Positions 1 to 12,108 of a stretch of 64,000 nucleotides of DNA are shown piece by piece. The stretch comes from Candidatus Hydrogenedentota bacterium (lineage in GTDB: Bacteria > Hydrogenedentota > Hydrogenedentia > Hydrogenedentales > SLHB01). The notes below the pieces were generated by a model. It was not told the DNA's origin and searched no databases. It saw nothing but the letters and a program-made list of their open reading frames with translations. Each line of letters starts with the position of its first letter. The stretch's first letter is position 1. A program made the position numbers and the translations under genes. The stretch is taken from positions 288,001-352,000 of the forward strand of contig CAVUWV010000008.1 in NCBI GenBank assembly GCA_963745075.1, given 5' to 3'.

Positions 1-1
1 C

Positions 2-1898
<1,897 letters not shown>

Positions 1899-1902
<4 letters not shown>

Positions 1903-2903
1903 ACTCGGATCTTTCGCTCGACACGCAAACCAGCCTGCTCTTGACCGCTCCCCTAATCGCGGGACAGGTCAAGACGGAAGCCGATGTCTTGACGTCCGGC
2001 GAGTTCAAACGATTGGTTCGGCTTCTCGGCGAGAACCGACGCCAACCCGGCGATCTACTGGGTCCGGACGCCGCAGACGTATTGGAGAAAACCCGGCATC
2101 TCATCGAACCCGACCAAATCCAGCGCTTGCTCGAACGCGGTTTTCTGCTATCCCAGGCGCTGGAATACTGGCACGCCCGGGCGATCTGGGTCGTAGGCCG
2201 GACGGACGACGCGTACCCAAGCCGGTTGAATACGCGTCTCGCCGACGACGCGCCACCCATTCTTTACGGTTGCGGCGACGTCTCTCTTCTGGATAACGGC
2301 GGCCTGGCAGTGGTCGGATCGCGCCACGTGGACGACGCGCTGGTTTCCTATACCGAAAACATTGGCCGTCTCGCAGCGAGCGCACAGCGCACCCTCATCT
2401 CCGGCGGCGCCCGTGGCATCGACCGTGCTGCCATGCGCGGTGCACTCGAGGCGGGCGGCAGCGTTTCAGGGGTCCTGGCCGACAGTCTGGAACGCGTAGC
2501 CCTGACTCGCGAGCATCGCGAAGTCCTGATGGACGGGCGGCTCGTCCTTATTTCACCCTACGATCCCGGAGCGGGGTTCAACGTGGGACACGCCATGCAG
2601 CGCAATAAGCTCATCTACGCCTTGTCCGACGCAACGCTCGTGGTCAGTTCCGACCTCGATAAAGGCGGTACCTGGAACGGCGCCGTCGAGCAACTCGACA
2701 AACTACACTTCGTGCCCGTCTACGTCCGGACGAACGGTGAACCCAGCAAAGGGTTGGAGGCCCTCCAGCGCAAGGGCGCTTTACCGTGGCCCGATCCGAA
2801 CACCCCGGAATCGCTTGATGAGGCGCTCACGGTCGAGATTGCCTCGAGATCCGCAGGCCCCGAACAAGGAGAACTCTTTCCCGACACCTCGAAAGAACCG
2901 TAG
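1899..2903 (+). CDS. dprA: DNA-processing protein DprA/Smf family
   Basis: [41 protein letters not shown] motifs; ATGA overlap with the upstream helicase stop. Confidence 0.9.
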
Positions 2904-3123
2904 CGTGCTTCCATTCGTCTGCGGCCCCGATTGGGATCGTCCGGCGCGCCTGTGGTAGGATTTTGTTCTACCCCTCGAATCGTCGCGGCGGGTCTTTTCA
3001 TTCGGGCAACGTTCGCGCGACGCATCAGGGGCTACCGTACATTGAACCTGCATACCGCTCCGAACGGGAGTCGGGCCGGAGCCCTTCAGAAAATATCCGG
3101 CCTCAGCACATTCGGAAACACGC

Positions 3124-4488
3124 ATGGCAGCCCAAAAAGACCGAAACATCATAGTCGTGGAAAAGCGGCCCGGCATCGCCAAACGGCTCGAACGCCAGTT
3201 CGCCGACCGCCCCGTCACGGTATCGAGCGAAGGGAACGTCGATACGGTATTGGACCGCTTCGAGGACGAAGTCTACGACGTCGTCATCATCACCAGCGCG
3301 GCCGTAAAGTCGGGCCACATTGGCGGCAAGGAACTCTTCGAAGCGATTTCGGGTAAGAGTCCCCACTCGGAAGTCCTGTTCCTGGTCGATCCCGCCCACA
3401 TCAAACTGGCCATGAAAGCCATGAAAGCCGGCGCGTTCCGGTACGCAAAATTTCCCATCGAAGACGACGAACTCGGCATGCTGGTCGAGTCCACGCTGAA
3501 GCAGCCCAAGACTATAGACGAGACGGCGACCCTCGATGGTGCGGAACCGGTGCAATTCGACCAACCGTTGCTGGGCCGATCGAAGCCCATGAAAAACGTC
3601 TTCCGTCAAATCAGTCAGGCGGCGGCCAGCGACATTCCCGTTCTGATCGTCGGCGAAACGGGAACGGGCAAAGACCTCGCGGCCCAGGCGGTTCATCTTG
3701 CCAGCGCGCGGCGCGACGGCCCCTACGTGCCGGTGCACCTCGGCGCGCTGCCCCCGGAACTCGTCGCCAGCGAGCTGTTCGGGCACGAGAAAGGGGCGTT
3801 CACGGGCGCGCTGGATCGACGCACCGGGAAGTTCGAGCAGGCCAACGCGGGCACCATTTTCCTCGACGAAATCTCGACCATCGACGAAAAGGTCCAGGTC
3901 AGCCTGTTGCGCATTCTCGAAAGTAAACGGTTCACCCGGCTCGGCGGCAAGCGCGTCATGACGAGCCGCTCCCGCATCATCGCGGCCACCAACGAAAGTC
4001 CCAACGAGTTGGTCGAAAAGGGCGTCTTCCGCGAGGACCTCCTCTACCGGCTGGATGTCTTCCGCGTGGTGATGCCGCCCCTGCGCGACCGTCACGGGGA
4101 TATCCCGCTGCTCATCAACGCATTCATGAAACGTTTCCGCGAAACCTTTCACAAGGATGTGCGCGGGATCGACCCCGATTGCGTAGCGCGCCTGGAAGAG
4201 CACGACTGGCCGGGCAACGTGCGCGAACTGAAGAACGTCATCCAACGCGCCGTCTTGATCTCGGCCGGTGAGGTGCTACTCCCCGAACACCTGCCCAGCC
4301 GGTTCCGGCGCGAAAGCGTGACCCGGCCCAAAGTGACCTTCACTGTAGGTACGCCGCTCGAAGAGGTCGAGCGCGAGATGGTGGTGCGGGCCCTGGCGGT
4401 CGCATCGAACCGTACGCAGGCGGCGGAACTCCTAGGCATCAGCCGCCGCGCCCTCTACAACAAACTGCACAAATTCAACATCCAATAA
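3124..4488 (+). CDS. Sigma-54-dependent transcriptional activator (NtrC-like) with atypical receiver domain
   Basis: GETGTGK Walker A, ELFGHEKGAFTGA, FLDEI, WPGNVRELKN, C-terminal Fis HTH (NRTQAAELLGISRRALY). Confidence 0.93.
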   Translation: MAAQKDRNIIVVEKRPGIAKRLERQFADRPVTVSSEGNVDTVLDRFEDEVYDVVIITSAAVKSGHIGGKELFEAISGKSPHSEVLFLVDPAHIKLAMKAMKAGAFRYAKFPIEDDELGMLVESTLKQPKTIDETATLDGAEPVQFDQPLLGRSKPMKNVFRQISQAAASDIPVLIVGETGTGKDLAAQAVHLASARRDGPYVPVHLGALPPELVASELFGHEKGAFTGALDRRTGKFEQANAGTIFLDEISTIDEKVQVSLLRILESKRFTRLGGKRVMTSRSRIIAATNESPNELVEKGVFREDLLYRLDVFRVVMPPLRDRHGDIPLLINAFMKRFRETFHKDVRGIDPDCVARLEEHDWPGNVRELKNVIQRAVLISAGEVLLPEHLPSRFRRESVTRPKVTFTVGTPLEEVEREMVVRALAVASNRTQAAELLGISRRALYNKLHKFNIQ

Positions 4489-4496
4489 CGTTCCGC

Positions 4497-7400
4497 TCAC
4501 CCTGTGACGGGCCGTTGAAACAACGCCGCAATACTGGCGAAGTACCGCAAGAACCAGTTCCGCATGTCTTCGACGATCGTGTAAAACACGGGCACGACGA
4601 ATAGCGTCAGCGCCGTGCCGGACGTCAACCCGCCGATGAGCGTCCATCCCACACTGCTGAGCCCCACGTCGGCCACGTGGCTGCCCAACGCGAGGGGGAT
4701 GCACGCGAGGATCGTCGTCAACGACGTCATCATGACCGGCCGGAATCGGTCGCCGCACGCGGACACGACCGCCGCATTGCGTTCGTCGATGCTTCGCTGC
4801 CGGTTGATGTGATCGACCAGCACGATGCCGTTGTTCACGACGATGCCGCACATGAGAATCCCCCCGATCATGGAAATCACGTCCACCGGAATGTCCGCGA
4901 GATACATGGCCCAATATACACCGACGAAGGCCAGCGGCACGGAGGTCAGGATCGAGAGCGGCAACAGATACGACTCGAACAGCGCCCCCATGACCACGTA
5001 AATCAAGATAATCGCGAGGATGAGCGCGATGGTGTAATTCTCCGCATTGACCTCGAGCTGGGCGAGATGTTCACCCTCGACGATGTCGTACCCCGCAGGC
5101 AAGTGAAACGCCCCTATCAGTTGGTCCAGATTCGATTTCACCGCCGACAGTTTCTGCGTGTCCACCTCCACGAGAATGTTGATAACGTTTCGTCCGTCGA
5201 CGCGCTGGATCGCCCGGGGGGTACCCGCTTTGATCCGAGTCACCAGACCTGCCAGCGGCACAAGGTCGCCCGACTCACTCAGCACCGCCACGTTTTCCAG
5301 GTCGCCGACCGAGCGCCGATCCTCCGCACCGAACCCCGCCATGACCGGCACCTCCTTACCCTCCCGTTTCAAGTAAAAGAGCCGGGTGCCGCGCAGGGCA
5401 AAATCGACGGTCTGTGCGATCAGGAACGGGCTCACACCGGCGCGTTCCGCCATGATGTTGTCGACCACCAATTGGATTTCATCCGTATCGCGTTCGGTAT
5501 CCAGCATCACATCGTTCACGTCCGGCAAGTCCGAGGCCAGCTGGGTGAAACGTGTCGCGTATTGCTTCAGGAGCGTCGCGTCTTCGCCGCGCATTTGCAG
5601 CGTCACGGTGCTGCCGCCGCCGGTGTCCGCTTCCACGAGCTTGATGCGGACCTCGCCCCCGGGGATCAGCCGGGGTAATTGCGTTTCGAGAATGCGCCGC
5701 ACGTCCTCCGTGGTGTATCGAGCCGGTTGCCCGCCCAATGACTTATCGGACTCCACCAGATACGCGCGGATTCGTCCACCGCTCGACCCGGCGCTGACAT
5801 AAAGATTGCGGATCCCCAAATCAATTCGTTGCCGGTTCAATACACTCTCGATGGCATCGAAGACCGTCTGGGCCATCGACCAGTCATAGGTCTGATCGAA
5901 GGACACGTTGACCTGGACCATCCGTACATCCACGCGGGGCAGGGTCCGCGCGCCGACGCGCTGCATAGGAATCCACGCCGTAACCGCCATCAGCCCCGTC
6001 AGGCCGAGTACCGCGACTAGGCGCCGGTGCAAGAGCCAGTTCAGGCCGGTCTGGTATGCGTTCGCAACGGATACCCGCGGCAGCGCGCCCGTCACACGAT
6101 CCCACACCTGCCGGAACGTATGGGCGCCCGCAGGCAGCCGCGCGGCGTCCAGGATCGTCTTGGCAAGCCCCGCACGTTCCCGGGCCCGCGCGGTGAGTCG
6201 CCCCAGCACGAGCGGAATCAAGGTCAGCGAAACCACGAGACTCGCCACCAGCGCCACCGTTACCGGCAAGGCGAATTGGCGCATGTAAATCGACAGTTCC
6301 CCCGTGTCGATGTAGAACACCGGGAAGAACACGACCCCGGTCGTCAACGTCGCCGTCGTAATGGCGAGCGACACCTCGTTCGCGCCGAGCCGCGCGCTCT
6401 CCCACGGACCGTAGCCAAGCTCCCGGTAGCGCAGAATGTTCTCCATCACCACGATGGAATTGTCCACCAGCATCCCGAGGCAGATGATCATCGCGGCCAA
6501 AGTGACGGCGTTCAGGCTCATGCCCGTGAAGTACATGGCGATCAATCCGATCACCGTCGAGATGGGCACCGACACCGCCACGACCAACGTCGCGCGCACG
6601 CGCCGAACGAATGCGAACAGAATCAGCAGGGCGAGCCCCCCGCCGTTCAGCCCCGCCACGGTCAGCATGTCGATGGCGTTCAACATGTCGCGGGACTGAT
6701 CTTCGAAGATGAATACGTCCATGTCGCGAGCGACCGGATCCGCGTGCAACCGATCGAGCTCGCCCTTCACCGCCGCGCACGTCTCGATGGTATTCGCGTC
6801 GGAGTCTTTCAGGATGCGGACAAAAACGCCCGTTCGCCCGTCGATGGTGTGCCGGAAACCGACCACCGGTCCGGCCCACGAAACCGTCGCAACATGCTTC
6901 AACTGCAACGCGTTCGGCCCCACCACCGTGTTGCGCAGATCGTTCAGGCTGGTGACATCGCTCACCACCCGGACCGGATGAACGGTGTTCCCGTCGCGCA
7001 GCCGCCCCGCCGCCAGATCCACCTGGTCCTTGCGCAAACGCTGAACAACCTCATAGAGACTTAGGTTTGCCGCCCGCAGCGCGTCCTGGTCGAACTCGAC
7101 GTAGACGGTCCCCGGGTCCGCCCCCCAGATATCGACCTCGGCCACGCCGTCGAGCCGCGCGAGTCGTGGTTTAAGTTGAGTGTGGACCCAGTGGGCCAGA
7201 TCCCGGTCCTCGCCTTCCGAAAAGATCGTGAAGGACAGCATGGGCTGGGTATCCGATCCCGACCGGGAGACGTAGATCCGATCCACGTCATCCGGCAGGT
7301 CCGGCCGCAGGCGTTCCACGCGGTCCCGCACGTCGCTCAGCGCCTGGGACATGCCGGCTCCCCAGTCGAACAGCATCTCCAGGTTGCACCCGTTGGCCGA

Positions 7401-7658
7401 ACATTGGGTTTGAATATGCCGGAGCCCGGGCACGGTGCGGAACCGCCCCTCCGCCGGAATCGCAATGTCCCGCTCGACCTGTTCCGGGGTCGCGCTGGGA
7501 TACGGGATCGTGCACCGCAGCACCGGAAAATCCATGTCGATCATGAATTCCCGGGGAATCCGCGGCCAGACCACCGCGCCCAAGGTCAGCACGGCGAATA
7601 CCAACATGAAGACGGTGATGGGCCGTCGCAGCGCGTATGTGGGCAAGGAAAACTTCAT
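4497..7658 (-). CDS. RND efflux transporter permease (AcrB/AcrD/AcrF family)
   Basis: ~1050 aa; ALRRPIT N-terminus, GMLVDNSIVVMENI, GIVVNNGIVLVD, RFRPVMMT; start placed at MKFSLP. Confidence 0.92.
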   Translation of the reverse strand: MKFSLPTYALRRPITVFMLVFAVLTLGAVVWPRIPREFMIDMDFPVLRCTIPYPSATPEQVERDIAIPAEGRFRTVPGLRHIQTQCSANGCNLEMLFDWGAGMSQALSDVRDRVERLRPDLPDDVDRIYVSRSGSDTQPMLSFTIFSEGEDRDLAHWVHTQLKPRLARLDGVAEVDIWGADPGTVYVEFDQDALRAANLSLYEVVQRLRKDQVDLAAGRLRDGNTVHPVRVVSDVTSLNDLRNTVVGPNALQLKHVATVSWAGPVVGFRHTIDGRTGVFVRILKDSDANTIETCAAVKGELDRLHADPVARDMDVFIFEDQSRDMLNAIDMLTVAGLNGGGLALLILFAFVRRVRATLVVAVSVPISTVIGLIAMYFTGMSLNAVTLAAMIICLGMLVDNSIVVMENILRYRELGYGPWESARLGANEVSLAITTATLTTGVVFFPVFYIDTGELSIYMRQFALPVTVALVASLVVSLTLIPLVLGRLTARARERAGLAKTILDAARLPAGAHTFRQVWDRVTGALPRVSVANAYQTGLNWLLHRRLVAVLGLTGLMAVTAWIPMQRVGARTLPRVDVRMVQVNVSFDQTYDWSMAQTVFDAIESVLNRQRIDLGIRNLYVSAGSSGGRIRAYLVESDKSLGGQPARYTTEDVRRILETQLPRLIPGGEVRIKLVEADTGGGSTVTLQMRGEDATLLKQYATRFTQLASDLPDVNDVMLDTERDTDEIQLVVDNIMAERAGVSPFLIAQTVDFALRGTRLFYLKREGKEVPVMAGFGAEDRRSVGDLENVAVLSESGDLVPLAGLVTRIKAGTPRAIQRVDGRNVINILVEVDTQKLSAVKSNLDQLIGAFHLPAGYDIVEGEHLAQLEVNAENYTIALILAIILIYVVMGALFESYLLPLSILTSVPLAFVGVYWAMYLADIPVDVISMIGGILMCGIVVNNGIVLVDHINRQRSIDERNAAVVSACGDRFRPVMMTSLTTILACIPLALGSHVADVGLSSVGWTLIGGLTSGTALTLFVVPVFYTIVEDMRNWFLRYFASIAALFQRPVTG

Positions 7659-8046
7659 TTCGGAAGTACCATTCTCGGGGGCGCCCCAACTCTCTGTGCC
7701 GATTCTAACCCGGAATTCCCATACGCACAACGCGTCTGCGCAGTAATCTTTGTGCATACGGTTCGTTCCAGCGACGGCCAAGGTCCTTCGACTTGACAGC
7801 GTGCGTGTGAGAATTCCTCAACCGTGAGCCCGCAGTCGTTCTCGGGAGCATTTCTCGCCGCTGCCCGCAACGACGCTCCCTGAGATGAGGTTTCTGGGGC
7901 GGTGAGAAATGCGGACCAACCCGAATCAGGGACGCGCACCCCTCTGACAGCGCAATACACCGGGCTTCCATCGAACCCATCGGCCATTCCGGGGTCTAAT
8001 CAAGGAGGAAAGATGAATGCCGTTCGACGCGAAAGGAACTGCGCTC

Positions 8047-8295
8047 ATGAGAACACCCCTCGGACTCGTCATGTCCCTGCTGCTCGCCGCAGGTGTCTTC
8101 ATTGGAACCGGTTGTGACAACAAGACTTTAACGGTGCCCCCGGCCCCTGTGTCCAACGGCCATCCTGCGGTCACTCCAAATCCGCCCGATTCGCCTGACG
8201 CAAACGCTGCCTGGGATCCGGGGGGGCCGGTAGATGAATTACCGGATATCCCGACCGATCCGGCCCGCAACACCGGCCCGAGCGCTCGGCGGTAA
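8047..8295 (+). CDS. Small Pro-rich putative lipoprotein
   Basis: Hydrophobic leader ending IGTG-C followed by Pro/Asp-rich low-complexity sequence; start uncertain (8017 or 8047). Confidence 0.55.
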   Translation: MRTPLGLVMSLLLAAGVFIGTGCDNKTLTVPPAPVSNGHPAVTPNPPDSPDANAAWDPGGPVDELPDIPTDPARNTGPSARR

Positions 8296-8481
8296 ACGGC
8301 TGTCCTGCGGCAGATTATGCAATTCCCGGGCCGTGGACAGAGGTCCCGGAGTTGATCCGCGCCCCGGTCAATGTGTACCCTATTAGGGTGTGCGTACCCA
8401 ATGCACATCGAGAATCATGATAACGGAATAGCTGGTCCCGCTAACGGCGGGAATCGAAACGACAAGAAGGAAGGGCTTCCC

Positions 8482-8865
8482 ATGAAAACAGTTGTTTCTA
8501 TAGCAATGGCATTGGTGCTGGTCTTCGGGTTCGCCGTCGTCGCGGCGGGTTGCGGTGGCGCGCCGTCCAGCGATACCGGCGCTCAAAAACCTGACACCAC
8601 GGCACCCACGGCGCCGCCGGAGCCGTCCGCTGAAAAAGCCGATGACGTCGCCCCGCCGGCTGAAGGAACCACCACGCCCGACAGCACAGCCCCGGCCGAT
8701 TCGTCCGAAGGCATGAACGAACAGCCGGCCGCGCAGGGTGACAGCAGCGCAGCGGCCGAGGGTTCCGGCAGTGAAGCGTCCGCCGATTCCGGCAAAGCGC
8801 TCACCGACGAGTTCGACGATTTCGACTACAGTGCCGGTGGCGGTGCGGCCAGCAAGCGCCGGTAG
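8482..8865 (+). CDS. Low-complexity acidic putative lipoprotein
   Basis: MKTVVSIAMALVLVFGFAVVAAG-C lipobox, purine-rich RBS, Ala/Ser/Asp/Pro-rich body. Confidence 0.75.
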   Translation: MKTVVSIAMALVLVFGFAVVAAGCGGAPSSDTGAQKPDTTAPTAPPEPSAEKADDVAPPAEGTTTPDSTAPADSSEGMNEQPAAQGDSSAAAEGSGSEASADSGKALTDEFDDFDYSAGGGAASKRR

Positions 8866-8897
8866 GAATACCGCTTAAGCCAACGAGTCTTACAGGG

Positions 8898-8929
8898 GTG
8901 GGCTCGCAGAGACCGATCTGCGAGCCCAC
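8898..8929 (+). terminator. Stem-loop, probable intrinsic terminator
   Basis: GTGGGCTCGCAGA / TCTGCGAGCCCAC 13-bp perfect stem 33 nt after the stop, followed by ATATCTTT. Confidence 0.55.
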
Positions 8930-9093
8930 ATATCTTTCCTCGCAGACCCGTGCCTGAGGAGATGGCGCCCGCGCGCCGAGGATGCCCTTCGAGCGCGGAA
9001 TGGACCCGCAATTCCACCGGTTTCTTGTTCTGTACCCCGTCAGCGACTACAATTGCCGGATCGCGCATTGAAACAAACGAAAGGGACGGTACC

Positions 9094-9684
9094 GTGGCGT
9101 CCGATGAAAGCGGATACGTAAACTACTTCGAGGTCCTCGGCCTGGACGAAAATGCCAAGCCGGGCGAAGTCCGCAAGTCCTACCGGCAGAAGATGAAGGC
9201 CCTCGTGAACGAGATCGCCGACGTGGAAATCACGGAAGAACGGCGGTCCCGCTACCTCCTGGAAATGGCCAAAATGAACGCCGCGCTCTTCATTCTGCGG
9301 GACACGGAGACGCGCGACGAGTACTGGAACAGTCGCCAGGATCTCGTTGAACTGGAGCGGAAATGGAAGGAAGCCGCCGATTCCAGCGACGCCAACGAAG
9401 CCGACCGGTACCGGAAAGCCTATGACGGCAAGGTCCGCGACTTCCTGGGCAAGTACGTCGAGGATTACATGCTCGCCGCAGGCCGGGACAAGGAATGCGT
9501 CGAAGCCAGCCATTGGGACCCCTACCACGAGCGTCACGCGTTCCGCATTCTGCGGCATTACCGGCAGAGTTTGTATCGCGAGATTCTGGAGCGGTTACCC
9601 TACGCCGAAATCACGCGTCCGGAGATCGACTGGGACCAGCGTGAAACCGCCGTGAGCCGCATGCTCGCGCACAGAGGAAGCTGA
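9094..9684 (+). CDS. J-domain-like protein lacking the HPD motif
   Basis: NYFEVLGLDENAKPGEVRKSYR...MNAALFILRDTETRDEY matches J-domain helices; GTG start after AGGGA. Confidence 0.75.
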   Translation: MASDESGYVNYFEVLGLDENAKPGEVRKSYRQKMKALVNEIADVEITEERRSRYLLEMAKMNAALFILRDTETRDEYWNSRQDLVELERKWKEAADSSDANEADRYRKAYDGKVRDFLGKYVEDYMLAAGRDKECVEASHWDPYHERHAFRILRHYRQSLYREILERLPYAEITRPEIDWDQRETAVSRMLAHRGS

Positions 9685-9687
9685 GCG

Positions 9688-10803
9688 ATGGCGCGCGGCA
9701 AACGAAAGGGTTCGGGCCAGAATAAGATCGTCGACATGGAACTGGCCGCCCTTGCCCTGGCGAAAGCGGTCCACGATGGCGACATCGTCAACCTTCGCCT
9801 CTTGTTCATGCCCTTCTCGCCGATCCGGTCCGACTCCAGCGAACATTTGGAAGACGACAAGTACGCCTACCTCTTGCCCGACGAAGAGACCGAAGCCTCC
9901 CTCGAGTTCCGCGAAGCGCTCCAACTGGTGCAACGAGATTCGATTTGGAATCACATCGAAGGCGAGCTGGAGGCGAAACGGCCCGCCCGTCTGCCCTGGG
10001 AACTCGTGCTTCATCTCGGCGACAACGCCGTGCTTCTGGGCAAATACACCAGCGCCTCCCAGGCTTACGAGCTACTCCGTATTCGCCGGCGCATGCAGGA
10101 CAGTTTCTACGCGCAGGCGGACAAAGCCTTCGATGAAGGAAACCTGAAACGGGCGGTTCACGGGTACGTCGTTGCGACGGGATTGGATTACGATTACGCT
10201 GCTTTCCCCGAGCCCTTGCCCCTGGTTCCCGACTTTCAGCGGCGCGCGCTCATGCTGCACGGGGTTTATCCGGAGCGCCCCGAAGATTCGGTGCCGCTGC
10301 AGGAACCGGATACGTTCCTGCGTACCGCGCTGACCTATCTGTTGCTGGATGCCGGCGCCGCGGCCCGCCTCGAATCCAGAACCCGCGACCAGCGCGTGGC
10401 CTTTCTCGCCGAACTGGTGCGACAACGCGACCCCGGGTGGCGCGAGTTCGTGCACCGGTACCGCGAAGCCTGCGACAAGATGCGCGAGTTCGAACAACGC
10501 GTCGAGCGCGTCAAAGCCGAAAGCGAGTCATCCAACGGTTCCCTCGCAGAACAGATCGAAACCATTCTCGGCGAAGATCCCCACGCCATACCCGCGTGCC
10601 TTCTCGGGCGTGCCATCGAGGAAGGCGAATGGTGGCAGTATCTCAAGGAATTGGCGTTCAAGCATCCCGCCTCCATCCTGTTTCTTTCCCGCCAGTTGGT
10701 GGGGCAAAGTGAGATTGTCGTGCCGCGGTATCGTGCCGATTCCCCGGTGCCGCGCGAGCTGGGCCTCGTAACCGGAACCGCGGCGTCCGCATCGGCGTCG
10801 TAG
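9688..10803 (+). CDS. Hypothetical helical protein
   Basis: 371-aa ORF with host-like codon usage, 3 nt after the upstream gene. Confidence 0.75.
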   Translation: MARGKRKGSGQNKIVDMELAALALAKAVHDGDIVNLRLLFMPFSPIRSDSSEHLEDDKYAYLLPDEETEASLEFREALQLVQRDSIWNHIEGELEAKRPARLPWELVLHLGDNAVLLGKYTSASQAYELLRIRRRMQDSFYAQADKAFDEGNLKRAVHGYVVATGLDYDYAAFPEPLPLVPDFQRRALMLHGVYPERPEDSVPLQEPDTFLRTALTYLLLDAGAAARLESRTRDQRVAFLAELVRQRDPGWREFVHRYREACDKMREFEQRVERVKAESESSNGSLAEQIETILGEDPHAIPACLLGRAIEEGEWWQYLKELAFKHPASILFLSRQLVGQSEIVVPRYRADSPVPRELGLVTGTAASASAS

Positions 10804-10837
10804 CCAGGACCGACTCGGGGGCCCGCGAGAATGAGCC

Positions 10838-11467
10838 ATGGGATTGGTCATTGACTTGCATTTGCATACGCTGCGCTATTCGCAGTGCAGCCGTATCGAC
10901 CCCGCAGGCCTGATCGACCGGGCCGTCCGTGCCGGGCTCGATGGCCTCGTGATTACCGAGCACCACCATCAGTGGGAACCGGAAGAGCTGCATGAATTGG
11001 TCGTCGCATCGGGCCATCCGGGCTTTCTGCTCTTCGCCGGGTTCGAGTATACGTCGGCCCAGGGCGATTTGCTGGTCTACGGGCTTACGCCTGCGCAGGC
11101 AACCCAGTTCCGTCCCGGTTGGCCCCCGGAACGCGCCGCGGGGATGATCCGCGATTTCGGCGGTGTTTGTATTGCTGCCCACCCGACCCGGGCTGGCCTC
11201 GGGTTCGATGAGCGTTTGGAAACCCTCCCGCTCGCCGCGATGGAAGTGGCGAGCGTGAACTTACAAGAACACGAGCAGCGTTTGGCACGTAACCTCTCGA
11301 AAACACTGAACATACCGGCGACCGCCGGGAGCGACGCCCACGACTTGCACGATGTGGGGCGCTACGCCACCGAATTCGAGGATTTACTGTTAAACGTCAC
11401 GGATTTACAAGATGCGTTGGTCCATGGTAAATTTCAGGTGGCCCAACGCGCTGAGAGGAGCCACTAG
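10838..11467 (+). CDS. PHP-domain metal-dependent phosphoesterase
   Basis: IDLHLHT, ITEHH, AAHP, GSDAH motifs. Confidence 0.9.
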   Translation: MGLVIDLHLHTLRYSQCSRIDPAGLIDRAVRAGLDGLVITEHHHQWEPEELHELVVASGHPGFLLFAGFEYTSAQGDLLVYGLTPAQATQFRPGWPPERAAGMIRDFGGVCIAAHPTRAGLGFDERLETLPLAAMEVASVNLQEHEQRLARNLSKTLNIPATAGSDAHDLHDVGRYATEFEDLLLNVTDLQDALVHGKFQVAQRAERSH

Positions 11468-12108
11468 TGGAAACCAATCCCTCACCGGGATCTTCGTCTC
11501 CTGCGGGAAACGATGTGTCGCAAAACATTCGGCGGGAAGTATTTGAGTTCGTTCGGATGGTCGTGATTTTCCTCCTGTTGTTTATCGTCTTGAAGACCTT
11601 TGTCCTCGAAGGGTACGAGGTGCAAGGCCCGTCCATGGAGCCGACCCTCCATAACAATGAGCGGATCCTCGTGCTCAAACTTCCCCACTGGCTTGGCGTC
11701 GACGACATCGACCCCGGCGATATCGTCGTCTTTGACAGCACCGACGACGCCGACAAACGCTACGTAAAGCGCGTGGTCGCCGAGGGTCCCCGGCCCGCTC
11801 ATGACAACACCGTGGCGGCTATGGGCCACGACCAGTACAAGAAACGCATGGTGGCAGTAAGCCTCGAGCACGGGCGCCTCTATGTAGACCATCACCTGGT
11901 CGAAGAATCCTATCTGCCCGATGTTATCCGCGAATCCTTCAAAGCCACGGATCCCGAGCGCGACTTGAGTCCCGGACAGTTTTACGTGCTTGGCGACAAC
12001 CGCAACGTAAGCAAAGACAGCCGCAGTTTCGGTCCGGTCGACAACGACAAGCTTATCGGGAAAGCGGTGTTGCGGTTCTGGCCGCTAAGTAAATTCAGCC
12101 TGCTCTGA
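11467..12108 (+). CDS. lepB: Signal peptidase I
   Basis: GPSMEPTL (catalytic Ser), YVKRV (Lys), LGDNRNVSKDSRSFG. Confidence 0.95.
   Translation: METNPSPGSSSPAGNDVSQNIRREVFEFVRMVVIFLLLFIVLKTFVLEGYEVQGPSMEPTLHNNERILVLKLPHWLGVDDIDPGDIVVFDSTDDADKRYVKRVVAEGPRPAHDNTVAAMGHDQYKKRMVAVSLEHGRLYVDHHLVEESYLPDVIRESFKATDPERDLSPGQFYVLGDNRNVSKDSRSFGPVDNDKLIGKAVLRFWPLSKFSLL

Noticed and set aside
7825..7885. Possible structured RNA (GGGAGC/GCTCCC and GTCGTT/AACGAC pairings)
   Set aside because: Short GC-rich stems are expected by chance, and there is no match to an RNA family I can recognise.
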